The position numbers and the translations under genes were made by a program. The notes beneath the pieces are model-generated. The model saw only the letters and a program-made list of their open reading frames with translations. It made no database searches and was not told the origin of the DNA. A stretch of DNA of 64,000 nucleotides from Octopus bimaculoides. Lineage: Eukaryota. Location: assembly GCF_001194135.2 (NCBI RefSeq), contig NC_069001.1, positions 38,662,277 to 38,726,276 of the forward strand. The letters are read 5' to 3'. Positions 61,195-64,000 of the stretch are shown here, piece by piece (within the stretch, counting starts at the first letter, position 1; every line of letters starts with the position of its first letter).

Positions 61195-62859
61195 ATCAAC
61201 TTTTAATGTACCCTTTTTTTGTGCTAGCATGGGTCAGATTGAGTTTATTGAGGCACATTTTCTTCAGCTGGATGCCCTTCCTGTCACCACCACCTCCCAT
61301 TTCCAAGCAACCTAATATTTCTCCATGACCACACATGTTCACAGATGGTGTGTATGCGTGTGTATATATTTATTGTAAACATAAGATTTCACTGAATATA
61401 TTAATTATAGAAAATAGTCTAATATTGGGGGCGTAGGAACCCATGACAAACAAAAAACTGGCTATTAGTACACAATGGGATCGAACCCACACCTCTTATT
61501 TTCCTGCTCAGTGTGCTACGAATTACACCAACAAACCTATCCATTTTTTCCTGTTAAATTTAGGAATTACAATTTCAATCTCAGACTATTCTCTAGACTC
61601 AATATATACAATGAAAACTTATTATATTTTCAAACTTTCCATTCTTAACTTATATATACACACACAAAGTATCCCAGCAGTGTAAAGACATTATATATAC
61701 TACAAAGAGGTACTATAGAAACTTTCTATAGAAACACTATATAAATTGGAGTACTATAGAGGTACTTATACACAATATATTGTGTTACTATAGAGATACT
61801 CCACTACACTGTACACTGGAGTATTTTAGAGACACTCCAAATACACCATACACACACAGCAGAACTAACAGTACTATATTATATACAACTGAACCAGTGG
61901 TGTTATGTGGGAATGTGCTAATCATATGGGGTGGCCACTATATACGTGTGTTCACTGGAGTGAAGGGTATGTTACATTTCAGGAAGAGAGCAGTCAAATA
62001 CTACATGACTGAAAGCAATTAAAGTCTATATCCAATAGAAATACTACAGGTGGCTCTAACCTTCATAGATACAGCTATACTATACAACCAACATCTGGTC
62101 ACACACAAATGTGTCATACAATACAGGGAGCAGCTGGTTGAATATCTTACACACATACACACTGCATATTTGACAGATACTTAAATACACACACACACAC
62201 AGAAGTCACAATACAAATTACAATACATAGGTTTGCATATTTCTATAGTAACAAAGGTAAGGGAGTGTTTTTTCCCCCTTAGATTACAAGATTTACACCT
62301 TTCATACACACTAATCAGCTTACACATGTCAGCAACAGGTACTCAATATTAAATACAACTAATAATAATAATAATATGGTAAGTATCACACACACACACA
62401 CACACGTATCCCATCTGTTTTTCCAGGCTTGCTTGGATTGGACCCGTTTTTCTCCAACTTAGTCCCTTCCCACTTGTTGCATTCCTTTGTTGGTTGTGGT
62501 ATTATGGACACACTACGTACGCTACACACAGGTACTATAGACAAATTCGTATTCTATACACAGTACTGACATTTTGTTAGTGACACTATATATATATAGT
62601 GATTATGTGCTAAAGAAGTTTTGTTTCCCAACCACATGGTCCCAGGTTCAGTTCCACTGCATGGTACCTTGGAAAAGTGTCTACTATGGCCCAAAGCCAC
62701 CTAACATCTTTTAAGTGAATTTGGTAGATGAAAACTGAAAGAAGCCTGTCATACGTGTTCATGTGTATATTATAAGAGGGCACGAAATTTCCAAAGACAG
62801 CCATACCATGTGAAGATCTCCTATCAAAGGTAGTACAGGGATACAAACTTCAGCCTTCA

Positions 62860-63490
62860 CCATTTCTTTCCCTGTTTTTTCTTTGGTCTTCCTCATCCAC
62901 TGGCCCCTTGGGATTTTTTTTACCCAACAATCATCTTCCACATACATCACATTTCCATACCAATGCAATTTCTTCTCTCCCACATTTGATTTCCAGTTTT
63001 CCTCTCAGTCCAGTCACACTCCATCATATATACTCGTCAACATTACACATCCAGTGAAACAGGCCAGCTTCATTTCTCTCCAACTTCCATTCACAACTCA
63101 TACTTTGTTATCATACACTGCAGCACTTCAAGAAAGAATCCCTTTGTCACCAGCCAGCATCATAACTCCCGAAACTATTTTTACACCCAATTCTTATCCT
63201 GGTTACTACTATACTTTCAGCAAACCCACTTCCACTGCTAATGAGTTCCCCTGGGTACCAAAAGCCCCCAACAACTGTGAGGGACTCTTCTGAGCATTTG
63301 AAAGCATACCATACTCTCACTGATGTCTCTAATGCATCAACAACACACAGTTGTCCTTCTCTCTCGGCCTTACGTAGTAAACCCACCAATTCCTTCTGCG
63401 TACCCATTGATTACAGAAGTACATTGTATAGTTCCTACCACGTTCTGTTTTGTGTGTCAAGCAGATTCTACCAGATGAATCTTCTCTAAA
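62860..63490 (-). mobile_element. RTE LINE reverse-transcriptase C-terminal fragment
   Basis: SLTVVGGFWYPGELISSGSGFAESIVVTRIRIG and KLHWYGNVMYVEDDCWVKK, both typical RTE motifs, frameshifted. Confidence 0.8.
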
Positions 63491-64000
63491 GGTTCACACT
63501 GATGGGTCCGCCCATTCTTAAACTCCTTTGTTATGGTTTGTAGAATCATAGCAACAAGATGGGGATGGACCTAAGAAATCAGCCCTCAAACACATGCCTA
63601 AACACGAAACCCCTTGGTGAAACACATTGCCTAGGACCTCTCTCTACATCGTTTACACATACCAAGTTTCTGAGAAACTCCCAGACTATATATAGCCCTA
63701 CCATAGAGATAATACACAAACAGAGCTTTATATAGCAATATAATTTAATATATATATATACATGCCAAACCTGACATTGGAGCTTGATGCAGTCCTGCAG
63801 ATCAGTGGAACCTGTCAAACCATCCAACCCATGACAGCATGGAAAACGAATGTTTTATATGTGTGTGTGTGTGTATACATATATATATATATATATATAC
63901 ACACATACATATCGATTATGAGAGGTAATGGTGTCAATAAGACCCAAAGGTGTCAGGTAATGCTGAGTAAGTGCTATGGACAGACTATAGTTAAACTCCA

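Overview
Repeat-dense, AT-rich animal genomic DNA with many microsatellites and about 15 N-gaps. The SINE, RTE and Tc1/mariner repertoire looks like an octopod cephalopod (inference, not confirmed). Two spliced genes, missed by the ORF track, were assembled by hand. (1) A complete Rab14 on the minus strand: 8 coding exons, 24740..15282, 214 aa, ending in a CGC prenylation motif. (2) The 3' five exons of a tektin-like CCDC105/TEKTL1 gene on the plus strand: 4156..7966, 283 aa, N-terminus not found. The two genes are convergent. The rest is decayed mobile DNA: two Penelope-like GIY-YIG remnants, two maT/DD37D-like transposase relics, RTE LINE fragments, MITE/foldback elements and many SINE copies. 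The strongest leads are a minisatellite of RFX X-box-like motifs inside the cilia-type gene, a variant minimal hammerhead-ribozyme motif at the end of a Penelope-like remnant, a core-plus-spacer array at 41 kb, two CTCF-like sites and an Illumina adapter remnant at a gap edge. No clearly new biological system can be demonstrated from sequence alone. No prokaryotic features such as CRISPR or operons are supported.
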